NCBI RefSeq assembly: GCF_035084215.1
Contig: NC_090325.1
Span: 186,000,001-186,064,000, forward strand
DNA: 64,000 nt
Origin: Heptranchias perlo
Taxonomy: Eukaryota
Direction: 5' to 3'
A model generated the notes under the pieces. That model saw only the letters and a list, made by a program, of their open reading frames with translations. It did no database searches and had not been told where the DNA came from. The translations under genes and the position numbers were made by a program. Positions 1-11,280 of the stretch are shown here, piece after piece (position 1 is the stretch's first letter; every line of letters begins with the position of its first letter).

Positions 1-180
1 GCTGAGGACTGCCATCACTCGGCTTTCAAACGCTTTTCATTTCAGGCATTCAGGAGTAGAGGCTATGTTGCCTGTGCGGGGCTTTGTGCACCAATGGGAA
101 TTCAAGGAGGAAGGGAGTGAGCCACACAAGATTTTCAGCCCAAATTTCCTATATGTGCTCCCAGTGTGTGAAGTGTTCCC

Positions 181-650
181 AGATTGATTCCTGGATGAGA
201 GGGTTGTCCTATCAAAGATTGAGTAGAATGGGCCTATATTCTCTGAAGTTTAGAAGAATGAGAGGTGATCGCGTTGAAACGTATAAAATCCTTAGAGGGC
301 TTAACAGGATAGATGCTGAGAAGCTGTTTGCCCTGGCAGAAGAGTTTAGAACTAGGGGGCATGGTCTCAGGATAAAGGGTCAGCCAATTAGGACTGAGAT
401 GAGGAAAAATTTCTTCACTCAGAGGGTTGTGAATCTTTGGAATTCTCTACCCCAGAGGGCTGTGGATGCTCAGTTGCTGAGTATATTCAAGACTGAGATT
501 GATAGATTTTTGGACACTAAGGGAATTAATGGATATGGGGATAGAATGGGGAAGTGGAGTTGAGGTAGAAGATCAGTCATGATCTTACTGAATGGCGGAG
601 CAGGCTCGAGGGGCTGTATGGCCTACTCCTGCTCCTATTTCTTATGTTCA
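181..650 (+). mobile_element. CR1 LINE 3' fragment (ORF2 C-terminus plus 3'UTR)
   Basis: Translation GLSYQRLSRMGLYSLKFRRMRGD...RTRGHGLRIKG...FFTQRVVNLWNSLP is the typical CR1 ORF2 end. The 3'UTR ends gcctactcctgctcctatttcttatgttc. Confidence 0.9.
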
Positions 651-1024
651 TAGGTCAGCTATAGCATGATTTAATGTGGAGTAAAGTTCTGTCAATTTCA
701 ATTCATCAATGAGCTCACCCCAAACCCATGACTCCCCAAGCTACACTAATGTGGCACTTTCCAATTCCCATCCTGTTCCCATTTTCTAAGGGAAAGTGTC
801 AATTTAAAGGGTAATTTTCCAACTTTGTGCTTCAGACAGGGAGCCTCACCTGTAGCAAATGCACATCAGGAACTTGGGTGTGCACTGCACCAACCATTAC
901 GGTTATAAAATGATATGAGTCATGTGTCTTTATTATTGCAAATATACATTTCTGGTAGAGAAGCACAAAGTCAGGGAATTACCCCTATAATGCCAGTTAA
1001 TGCTGTACTATGCTGTGGATTCAC

Positions 1025-1150
1025 ATCCACTGGGAACTGACATGAGGCTTCCCAAATCCATTTCATTTAGGGCCCTTACAGCCATCCATCAGTCTCGGCT
1101 GGATTTGAGGCAACAGTCCAATGCCTAACCCATCGCACAACCCAGCCCCA
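1025..1150 (-). mobile_element. LF-SINE-like tRNA-SINE 5' fragment
   Basis: Reverse strand tcaaatccagcc...aaatgaaatggatttggg...cagttcccagtgga resembles the copy at 10935-11280 and the LF-SINE consensus as I recall it. Confidence 0.4.
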
Positions 1151-1157
1151 CACAGCC

Positions 1158-1395
1158 TCAGTCTGATGAAGGGTCATGACCAAAATGCTACCCCCTTTCT
1201 TTTGGGGGTAATTTTAACCTAACCTGCCCAGGCGGAAATGTGACAGGATCGGATCGGCCTCCCGTTTTACACGCCACTCAATTTGGAAGTTTCCCCCCCG
1301 GGCGGGTTAGGTTAAAATTGCCCCCTTTGTCTTTGTCTGTTGTGGACTCCCAGCACTTTCTGTTTTTATTTCAGATCCCCACTATTTACAGTTTT
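1158..1395 (+). mobile_element. Penelope-derived repeat remnant with a decayed hammerhead core, split by a MITE
   Basis: CTGATGA-a-gggtca-tgacc-AAAAtg at 1163-1187. A pLTR-like tract resumes after the MITE (cccagcactttctgtttttatttcagat). Confidence 0.5.
1204..1325. mobile_element. MITE with 26-bp terminal inverted repeats (PIF/Harbinger-like)
   Basis: gggggtaattttaacctaacctgccc (1204-1229) matches the reverse complement of 1300-1325, gggggcaattttaacctaacccgccc, with 2 mismatches. TTT flanks both sides. Confidence 0.8.
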
Positions 1396-1494
1396 CTTTA
1401 TACCCTTAAAGCCTAATATAACTACTGCTAAACTGTAGTAATTCTTAAGGAGTACTGTTACTGATCCATTTTTCAATTGTCATTGGTATGCATT

Positions 1495-1772
1495 TAAAAT
1501 AGTCAGTACATCTGCTTGAAGAAAACCAACAATGTCCTTTAGGGGAAAGAAACTTGGTGTCCTTACGCGGCCTGGCCTATTTGTGACTCCAGTCCCACAC
1601 CCACGTGGTTGACTCTTAACTGCCCTCCGAAGTGACCTAGCAAGCCACTCAGTTGTATCAAACTGCTGCCAATGGTTCAAGAAGAAGGCCCACCACCACC
1701 TTCTCAGGGCAACTAGGAATACCCAATAAATGCCAGCCTTGCCAGTGCTGTCCACATCCCGAGAATGAATTA
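1495..1772 (+). mobile_element. tRNA-SINE family B, 3' part (SlmI/MetaSINE-like body with LINE-derived tail)
   Basis: The core gtgactccagtcccacac...gttgactcttaactgccctc...gcaagccactcagttgtatcaaac recurs at 15.9, 34.8, 42.1 and 50.4 kb. The tail is nearly identical to the LINE end at 13095-13195. Confidence 0.75.
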
Positions 1773-2351
1773 AAGTAAACAAGAATCATACTGTAAACCA
1801 CTTGTGATAAGTTCTGATAAAGGTTTGCAGCCCAGCACTGCTGAGCAGATTTTGTGGAACTTGCTATGGGCACACAATAGATCCATTTCTAACCAGCTCC
1901 GTGCCATCAGCTTTATATCTCCCTATCAGCTAATGGCAATCTGCTGTTAGAGATCGATTAATGGCTTTGGTTCTCATGGGTCACATTACTAGATTAGCAT
2001 AGACATTGTTAATGACACTGGTTTAACAGTGTGATTGGTTAATGGGACCATTTTGCTCGTCACATCAGGTGTCCCCATTAAAAGGCTTTTACTGTGCTAC
2101 TGAACAGAGCTTACCCAAATTACAGCCATAAATAATCGCCCAGTAATAAATGATTGAGGCTGGTGCTAGAATGTTATTTTACTGCTTGTATTCATTGTCA
2201 ATTTAGTAAATCCAGAGCAAAATTTTATCCAATTTTAACTGTGGGAAATTGGTATTTGTTTCAATCTGTATCAGCACTAAAATAATAAAAATAACACTTA
2301 ACCTGATGGAACTTAATACGAATATCATCAACTCGATTCCCCAAAATATAC

Positions 2352-2612
2352 AACCAACAACAACAACTTGCATTCATATAACACCTTTAACGTAGTAAAA
2401 CGTCCCAAAGCATTTAACAGGAGCATAAGCAGACAAAATTTGACACCGAGCCATTTAAAAAGATATTATGACAGGTGACCAAAGGCTTGGTCAAAGAGGT
2501 TGGTTTTAAGGAGCGACTTAAAGGAGGAGAGAGAGGTAGGGAGGCAGAGAGATTTACGGAGGGAATTCCAGAGCTTAAGGCCTAGGCAGCTGAAGCCACC
2601 AATGGTGGGGCG
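2352..2612 (-). mobile_element. L2 LINE 3' end
   Basis: Same sequence as 61328-61642 and antisense to 29000-29240, which follows an L2 ORF2 fragment. Confidence 0.8.
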
Positions 2613-3481
2613 AAGCTTTTGATTTTATTTTGCAGCATAAATCCAGCGAAATATAACTCTCCCCAGCCCCAGCCATCATCATGGCAAACCTCTTGTGTTT
2701 TATCGTAAAGGAGAGAGCCTGAGGCTCCCTCAGTAAAACAGCAACAAAATCCTGTACTTCCTCACACTTGCTGTAACGGCTCACAGAGAAGTGAATTATC
2801 GGTTGCCTGTGTGTGAAAGCTCTTTATTTTAATGGTCTATTAGCAAATAAGTTAAAAATGGTCAAAATAAAATCCCAAGCTTGTTTTTATTTTGATTTTA
2901 AAAAGAAAAAAAATCACATTTGACCTCTGTGAGGAGTAGACTCTGCTGTTGTCCTGCACACAGCTATTCCTTCCGTACTGGAATCCCCCGTACTGTGACG
3001 GAAATTCATATAAATTAGGCAATGGTTATTAGTTCAGCGGTGCGTGGAGAATAAGTTGCAAAGAACAAGAGCAACCGTTGCCCTGAGCCACTGGGGAACA
3101 CAATACATCAAAGTCCACGCCTCCTACGCAGGTCTCAAAATAGAATGCATTTTATAATCTTTGGTAGCTCCCCTGGGCCCACTGCCCATCAGAAAGCAAC
3201 AAAGCATCACATGCAGAATACGATTTTAACAGCGATCGCTGACAAAGCGGGTTTGAAATAGCACTTCATTATCACAGCTCCCAATTTTTCTTATCACATT
3301 TGTTGGAACTAAATTGTTCATGCGCAGTGTTACATTCTACCATTGCTCCTCTTCTCTGAACCATATGTTACAAAACAAAAAATAAAATGCCGATGGTTTG
3401 TTTCATATGAAGCATTGCAATTTGTATGACCATGCTGAAATGCACACAAGGCACAGTTTGCACTAAATGTTGAGTTGTTAA

Positions 3482-3541
3482 GAAAAGGAAAAGAAGGGAA
3501 AGATAGAAAGAAGGGAAGAAAAGAAAGAAAGAAAGAAAGAA
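3482..3541 (+). repeat. (GAAA)n-type purine microsatellite at a SINE tail
   Basis: gaaaaggaaaagaagggaaagatagaaagaagggaagaaaagaaagaaagaaagaaaga. Confidence 0.8.
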
Positions 3542-3544
3542 TGG

Positions 3545-3845
3545 AAAGGCCTTTCATGACCTCAGGACATCCAAAGTGCTTCACAGCCAATGAAGTACTT
3601 TTGCAGTGCAACCACTGTTGTAATGTAGGAAATGTGGCAGCCAATTTGCACACAGCAAGATCCCACAAACAGCAATGAGATAATGACCAGATAATCTGTA
3701 TTGGCTAGGACACTGGGAGGAACTCCCCTGCTCTTCTTCAAATAGTGCCATGGGATCTTTTACGGGTAGACGGGGCCTCAGTTTCACCTCTCATCTGAAA
3801 GACGGCACCTCCGACAGTGAAGCACCCTCTCAGTACCGCACTGAG
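3545..3845 (-). mobile_element. DeuSINE (SacSINE1-like), 5'-truncated
   Basis: Reverse complement of the SINE at 3985-4440, including the Deu-like core aaagatcccatggcactatttgaagaagagcagggg. Confidence 0.8.
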
Positions 3846-3984
3846 CAATCAGAAAACAAAATACAGAGTCATAATGTTGGACACTGCATAAATATCCATT
3901 GGTGGCCTGAAGGAGTCATACCATCTGGTAAACAGACTTGGAATAGGAGATGCAAGGTGATTTACTTAAATTAAAATGGTGTCA

Positions 3985-4440
3985 ACCTTGGGTCAGTAGG
4001 TAGCACTCTCACCTCTGAGACAGAAGATTGTGGGTTCAAATCTCACTCCAGAGACTTGAGCACATAATCTAGGCTGACACTTCAGTGCAGTACTGAGGGA
4101 GTACTGCGCTGTCGGAGGTGCCATTGTTGGGATGAGACGTTAAGCCACCTGTCCTCTCAGGTGGATGTGAAAGATCCCACGGCATTATTTCAAAGAAGAG
4201 CAAGGGAGTTCTTCCCGGTGTCCTGGCCTAATAAAAATATTTATTCCTCAACCAACATCACTAAAACAGATTATCTGGTCAGGTACCTCATTGATGTTTG
4301 TGGGACCTTGCTGTGTACAATTTGGCTGCTGAACTTACCTACATTACAACAGTGACTACACTTCAAAAAAGTACTTATATGGCTGTAAAGTGCTTTGGGA
4401 TGTCCTGAGGTCGTGAAAGGCGCTATTTAAACGCAAGTCC
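3985..4440 (+). mobile_element. DeuSINE (SacSINE1-like), near full length
   Basis: tRNA-like head with A box (gggtcagtaggtagc) and B box (gggttcaaatc), a central Deu-like domain, and a tail aaaggcgctatttaaacgcaagt shared with the L2 3' end. Confidence 0.85.
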
Positions 4441-5614
4441 TTTTTAAAATGCATATTAGGCAACAGCAGAGCCTTGACATAATTAAGCAGGACTTGCTAA
4501 TGTTGTTCCATAGGGTCTTCAGACACAAGAATCAAACAGCTGCTCCCCTCCACTAGGGAGCTGCTTAGATGAGGAGGAAATCAAATTTAGGGCTTAGTTC
4601 CCTGTTGTTCCTTAGTGTTCATTGTTTTTTGAGGAATATATGGGCTTTAAACTGAGCTGTTCTATGACTCGACAGTGCTCATATCTTGCCATTCCCATTT
4701 CTCTATTTGGGAATAATTATCAGCTGAAATATGAGTCTTAAACTGTTTTACATAGGAATTGCGAGATGAAGAAAGACTAAGGTCCATCTAGTTCACCTTC
4801 TACCATCCTGGTGATCGTATGATACATCGATAATGGAGTTGTTGACTAACCATAGCAATCAATCCCTATCAATTAGTCTACAACCGACCCAGACATGAGG
4901 TGAGGAAAACCCTCAGTGGTGGAGAGCTTTGGGAAACCATAGGTCCAAAATATTGTGAGATGTTCAGGTTGCAAGTCATGGAAAGGTCGCAATAAAACGC
5001 TTAGTGTCGAGTGAGTAGCTGATTTGCTTACCAGAGTAGTCAGATGCTTACCAGGAAGATTCCGCATTCAATCCCCTGTGTGCTGAGTTTACTGATCTCA
5101 GCCAAGGCTGGTCTAGTGCCTCAATGACCCTAGGCTCAGCAGAGAATTGGGTTCACACTCCTCATCGTGATCCAGCAACTCACTGGAAGTGCATACATGT
5201 AGATGGCGGGTAACAACTGGCTCAGGCTTGGCTGTGACGCCCGCTGTGAGGGAATAGCCTGTCCATGGTCACGGTTGAGGCTCATATGTAAATAATGGCC
5301 ACTAGGGCAAAATACCACAGTGTAACTGTTCCTAGGCAAAGGATCACGGAGGGGCCGATTTGATGCAGGCCGGGTTGGCCTCTGGGTCGCCTGATATTGT
5401 GCCAGCCTGGTGCCGATGAGCTGCAAGGGGACATCCAGTTGGCACCTGCAGCCTGTCAATCGTATGGAAATGAGTCCAGCCCTCAGAATGGACCAGGCCT
5501 TGCAATGTCACAATCAGAAGGCCAGCCAATCATTAATGTCTATCCCAATGCTTTCAGTAAAGGAGGAGAAGAAAAGGGGTGAAGAAACTACCAAGGAAAG
5601 GGAAAAGAGAGTTT

Positions 5615-5815
5615 TCTTTATTATTGTCAGGAACTGGGCTTTGCTGGCAAGGCCGGCATTTATTGCCCAACCCTAGTTGCCCTGAAAAGGTGGTGATGGG
5701 CCTTCTTTTTGAATTACTGCAGTTTTTGTACTGACGGTACTCCCAGTACTCCCAGAATGGTGTTAGTCAGGGAATTCCAGTATGTGAGCCAGAGACGATG
5801 AAGGAATGGAGATAT
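5615..5815 (-). mobile_element. 3' end of the LINE that supplies the SINE-B tail
   Basis: Antisense to 13015-13195 (ggaattccc...aaggcccatcaccacctt...gggcaataaatgccggcc). Confidence 0.7.
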
Positions 5816-6839
5816 ATAGTGCAATAAATAAATCAATATAGAATTAAAAAACCCTTCTTCATGAATTAGTGGCCCTTCAGATACTGTGTACAAAGTGCTA
5901 GACCTTGCTGTCCGCCAGTACTAAACCAGAGCCTGCCATTAATTTATCTCCATTAGACCATTCTGTTGGTAAAACTGGCAATGTAATTTGTGACCTATTT
6001 TCACCCAATTTAATTTTGTTAGCGGCCATACTTAATAGAAATAAAATGAACAACTTTATATTAGGTCAACTGAATGGTGGAGGGCACTGGTGTATTAATG
6101 TGGTACCACGGCATGATTCAATGGTACAAAATCTTGATGGTGCGGCCCACTGATGCATTAAGACAATGACCAATGGTGTTGCTCAGTGATGCAGGGAACT
6201 ATGACATGATGCACCATTCTGTGACACAATGGTACAAGGTATGGATTCACTATATATATATGTTCTAAATGTTGTGCACTGTACTACTGCCCAATGGTGC
6301 AATTTGTTATTCCACAGCATGGCAGGACGTGGGTTTGTTCCGCACAATGAGTTCTGATCTCAACCAGGTCCTCACACTGAGATCATCGAGAGACACTGAC
6401 TCATATGGAAGGTGACAAACTTGGAGTAGGGTTGCATGTAAGCCAAGGGCGTCCACTCACTGGTTACAAAGAGATACTGGAAGAAACATGGGTGAGGTTG
6501 CCTTATTGCCCTGAGAATGACATCATGATGCAATGAAACCAACAGTAGGGAGATAACGTGGCTTCCCTATTTTTAAATATAATTTGGCTCATATAGGATA
6601 TTGAAGCTTTGGCAGGAACGGCACCTCAGCCGAAGAAGATTACTTCAATTATCAGCCATGGAGCTTTCTTTCATCTGCATCACTCACCGGAAAGGGTCAG
6701 TTTTGAAAAAACAGTAGATATGAGAATGGTTTTAACCCTCCAAAGCATTTGTTTATAGCATGTATCATTGTCGATCATTGTAAACCATATGATTAGAAAT
6801 AAAAGAGAGTATTGAGACTTGTCTTTGATTAACTCGTTG

Positions 6840-7620
6840 GCCGGGAAATTACCCTGAGCGGCAAACGGACGTTGCCTGCTGCTCGTAAGTAACTAACTCA
6901 CCCAACAAACTTTTCACAGGCTTCTGGGCGCCAACTTGCTTCAGTGGAGATCTGGAAGAAGTGCAGCGGTCCTTCCTGGACTTCTCTGAGCTGTGAGAGC
7001 GGGGAAGGGATCTCTCCATCCCCTCAAGCAATCAGCTTGAAGCACCAGTGACAAGGCACGCAGTCAGAACCAGGAAGTGAAAGCCTCTTTCACAAGCCAT
7101 GTAGACTAAGAACCAGGAAGTGTCAGGTAGATTAGTAAAGTCTCTATACAATGAGTTAGAGAAAGCAAAATAAAGAAAAGGTAAGACTAAAAGAGAGAGG
7201 TAAAAGAGACAGAAAGAATAAGCAAAAAAATAACAATTTTAAATTATTTTTTTCTTTTAAATATCCCCAACAACAATTACTATCGAGAGGAATGAGACTC
7301 CAAATTTTTTTAAGTTAATTTTCAGTGCCAGAGAAGTTGTTTGGCAGTTGTTAATATTTACCATGCCATTAAAAATTAGTTTAGACCTAAAAAACCCAGC
7401 ATACCTTTTTTTATGGAGAGATTAGTTCGTTTCCAGCTGGACAGCGCAGTAAGTTCACACTGGGCCATTCATTCAGCCAGCAAGATCTCTTTAACTCGAA
7501 GTTTTCAAACAAGCAGGGCAAATGGTAGAGCAATTTCCAGATTTCCACGTTTGACTGTACATATGTGCTCTCTGGAACTTACTCTTCCATTTGCCCTGAA
7601 ATAACGGTGAGCCCTGTAAG
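6840..7620. mobile_element. Diverged non-autonomous DNA transposon related to 32195-32886, in opposite orientation
   Basis: 7290-7375 (aatgagactc...cagagaagttgtttggcagttgttaat) is antisense-similar to 32470-32545 and 46195-46262. Confidence 0.45.
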
Positions 7621-9364
7621 TTTTAATTAGCAGCAATCAGAGGGCGGTTAGGGCCAGTGTTAGACAGATTATAGTTGGCTGGAAGTGGTATCCCTTTGTC
7701 CCAGGTAAATGAGCAGTGGTTCCCTTTAGAGTCCTGGATGTAACAGAAAGTTCAATCGCAAATCACAGCTCTGGTCAATAACTTTGCTTAGTCTATTACA
7801 CAAGCTCATATTCTACATAGTATAACCTATACACTGTAAAGCTGTTAAACCCTTGGATATTTCAGGCACAGGTTTTGACATTTCGATCCCATGTATCTGA
7901 CAGAATACACCTTCTTTTCGAGATCAACAGTGTCATTTTAATGAATTTTATATCATTTCGAGAGCGTGTCTTTGGAAAGATTTGTCGCAACAAATAATAG
8001 GATGGTTTGCAACAAATTTGCCTGTGGTCTCACAGGATTATCGAGATAACCACCTTGGAAACTGCGTCAGATTGTTGTTTATCAAGATCTGTGCAGTTTC
8101 CAGAGCGAGTGGGTGTTTAGCGTGCATCAGTAATACACAGCCCTGCCTGATGAAAGCCAGTAACTTAACTGCTCATATCACTAAATATTTATGTCTTCAA
8201 ATGACTGTAGTTGTGGAATGATGCCAGTCAGTGCTTCTGTTGTGAAATGTCATACTGGTCTATGGTCTATGTATGAGTAAGTACTCGTTCACCTCACTGC
8301 GTCCTCACTGTGTTGAAATAAAGATACATCACATAGTCTTCAAAGTAACTTGATTGTTCCACAGGACCTCAAAAATGTGGAATCCCTTTCCTTCCTCAAG
8401 TTTTCTTTGTACAATCTCCAAGCTTATTAAACCCAAGCTTGACTTCACCTAATCACAACCTCTAGATTTACCTCAGCCTCTCTTCTCCGCTCTTCAACCT
8501 CATGCCTTCCTCATGGTTTCTCGAGAAACAAAACAAATCTCAAACTATTTTTTTAAAACTCTTTGCGGTGCCAAATTCTTTTACTTATGCCACAAAAGCA
8601 GACTTTCCAAAATGCTTAAAACCCATTAGATGAAAAAAAATCCACAAAGTGTTTTATTTTTAATTGATTAAAATTTGGGGAAAATTAAGAAATCAAAACT
8701 TTTGTATTTTAAGTTGGGGAAACTTTCATTGAAACTGGATGATACGTCGTGTCTGCATTAAAACCAGACAAGTCAAAATATCACAAAAATCAACCATGTG
8801 TCATGATGCGAAAACCCAATGATAATTTAACCCAAAACATTAATTGTGACAGATAAAGAAATGGGAGTTAGGACTATCACTCTTCGGTGCCTTCACACAC
8901 ACAACTGCTTTCCTGATGCAAATGCAACGATAGTTCTCATTCTACATGTAAGGTCTCAATTTTAAAGCTGCAAGTTGAGTCTGCAAATCCAGCTAACTGG
9001 GAGAATATGACGAGCTCCCAATGCTGACTCCTGGAGAAAAGAACCTACAGCTCAGTCTTAAATGCCCCAGAAAGAATCTGAACCTCCAAAGGCTTTTCTT
9101 AAAGCAGAAAAACAGGGCAGACTTCCCACTGATCTCCACTTCTTATCATCAATTCCTATTAAATTTGAACTGAAAACATCAAATGTCACATATGATCCTC
9201 TTGTGCTGATAAATCTTTATCAGTGGCTAATAGTAAATAGTCTTATTCTAAAGGTTCAGTGCACAGCAGCTTCATTTAACATAGATTTGTTGGGACTGCA
9301 GTGTTATATGCCTTGAATAAATACAAATGCCGTTACATGTTTCTAGGCTGTTATATTGCAGATA

Positions 9365-9670
9365 CGAAGTGAGTACTGGCTCAGTGGTAGCATTCCCGCC
9401 TCTGAGTTAGAAGGTGAAGGGGTCGAGCCCCAATCCAGACAATCCCAGTGAGTGGAGACTGGAATATGGTCTCTAAATACTGAAGTTGACATCTAGCGGT
9501 GTATTCGGGTCCAGACTGAGTGACCACTGGCTCAGTCCCACCTCAGAGTCAGAAGGGTTGGGGTTGGGCCCCACTCCAAACGGTCCAGGTGAGCGGAGAC
9601 CAGAGCGCTGGCTCTGAATACTGGGTTGATGTCCAGTGGGAGCCCTTGTGCCCCATGGGTGCAGGTGCGT
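9365..9670 (+). mobile_element. tRNA-headed repeat family C with a tandemly duplicated head
   Basis: Two successive ~150-bp units: tggctcagt...cctc(t/a)gagt(t/c)agaagg...gtgag(t/c)ggagac...aatactg...gttga. Homologous to 10690-10930 on the minus strand. Confidence 0.55.
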
Positions 9671-9671
9671 C

Positions 9672-10084
9672 ATAGGAACATAGGAACAGAAGTACGCCAT
9701 TCAGCCTCTTGAGCCTGTTCTGTCGTTCAGTGAGATCATGGCTGATCTGTGACCTAACTCCATATACCCGGCTTAGCCCCATAATCCTTAATACCTTAGG
9801 TTAACAAAAATCTATCAATCTCAGATTTAAAATTAACAATTGAGCTAGCATCAATAGCTGTTTGCAGAAGAGAGTTCCAAACTTCTACCAACCTTTGCTA
9901 ACTAACTTCACTCCTGAAAGTCCTGGCACTAATTTTTAGGCTATGTCCCCTAGTCCTAGACTCCCCAACCAGCGGAAATAGTTTCTCTCTATCTACCCTA
10001 TCAGTTCCCCTTAATATCTTGAAAACTTCAATCAAATTGCGCCTTAATCTTCTACATTGCATGGAATACAACCCAAGTTTGTGT
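9672..10084 (-). mobile_element. CR1 LINE 3' fragment
   Basis: Starts with the antisense tail ataggaacataggaac. Same subfamily as 33056-33283 and 47055-47515. Confidence 0.85.
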
Positions 10085-10689
10085 CTCCCCTCCTACATCG
10101 TAAAGGGTAGGTGGGGCTCTTTAGCCATGGTTGTTACCCACCTAGGAGAAGGTACTCCAAAGACAAAAACTGTGAGGAAGGCACTGAGAAACCACCTCAG
10201 CTACTCTTCCCTAGTAAGTAGCTTAAGAATCTTATGTGTGAGACTTGAGTTCAGACATTCCCTAAGGCAGAACACAACAGATGGACAGATATTGCAGACA
10301 CTAGTCAGACACCAGGATCTGTACAGAGCAATGCACAGACAACAGGCCTACACTACTGGATAGGCTGTGCATCATACTTCAAATAAAGGACCACTTTGCA
10401 TGTGTCCAAGCACGCATGAGCGAATCCCCATCCCCCACAGTAGCTAATGATAATGTTGTGAGAAGCAACTTTTATTGCACTAACAAGAGTCAGAAGTATG
10501 TTGGACACTTTTAAAACCTGCTTCACACCGAGATGGAGTTATAACCACACTATTGCAAAGCCAAAGTAATGTGAGACTACCTGTTCCCAGGTCAGGTATA
10601 ACATGCATTTTTGTTTGTTTTTTGTATCTTCACACTCTTTCCTTGGAGAATAGTGTGTGAAGTAGTGGAAAGATTCGCAGGCTGATTAA

Positions 10690-10930
10690 CTGCGTGACAG
10701 GCCATGACATGAACGCTCCTTCCATGGCCGTAACCATCTTTATACCAACCGATAGGGTGGTTAGTCCTATGCTAACCGGTGGGATTTAAGGGCTCCCACA
10801 CCCATCGGACGCGAACATCCCGCTGGATGTCAACTGGAGCTGCGGTCTCCACTCACCAAGACTGTCCCGGAGTGGGGTTCGAACCGGTCAGAGGCAGGAA
10901 TGCTACCACGAAGCCAAAGGCTCACTCCGA
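10690..10930 (-). mobile_element. tRNA-headed repeat family C
   Basis: Reverse strand reads ggcttcgtggtagcattcctgcctctgaccggttcgaaccccactcc...ggtgagtggagacc...gttgacatccag, with A/B-box-like motifs. Confidence 0.55.
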
Positions 10931-10934
10931 GAAC

Positions 10935-11280
10935 ATGCTTTAGATAGAGAGGGAAGCTCTCACTGGTCTTTCCCTACAATGCCCCTTAATCCCAACTTCA
11001 GATGAGCAACTCTGCCGCACCAGAATGAGATTTCCACTTCCCACACAAGCCTTCCTTACGCCCCCTCTGAATAAGATTGGCAAATTAGTGCTGAACTTCA
11101 CTAAGTTTTTCGCCCCCCTCGCGGGCCTGTGCCCATTAGAAAATGGATTGAAGCTGCCCAAACCAATTTCATTTTGAACTCGTAAAGCCAGCAGGCTTCC
11201 AACCCACCAGTTTAGGCTGGATTTGAACCCAGGTCCAAGCGATAAGAGGTCGGTGTGGTCAGTCACTGAGTCGCCTAGTC
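10935..11280 (-). mobile_element. LF-SINE-like tRNA-SINE
   Basis: Reverse strand has gacctgggttcaaatccagcc, aaatgaaattggt, gcactaatttgcca and gggattaaggggcattg in the same order as blocks of the LF-SINE consensus (recalled, not searched). Confidence 0.5.

Noticed and set aside
3985-4070. tRNA gene
   Set aside because: A/B boxes are present, but the sequence continues into a SINE body. The same applies to the other tRNA-like heads, and none gives a full cloverleaf that I can verify.
8147-8175. Additional CTGATGA hammerhead cores (also near 26712, 46728 and 52862)
   Set aside because: There is no stem II followed by GAAA and no stem I pairing.
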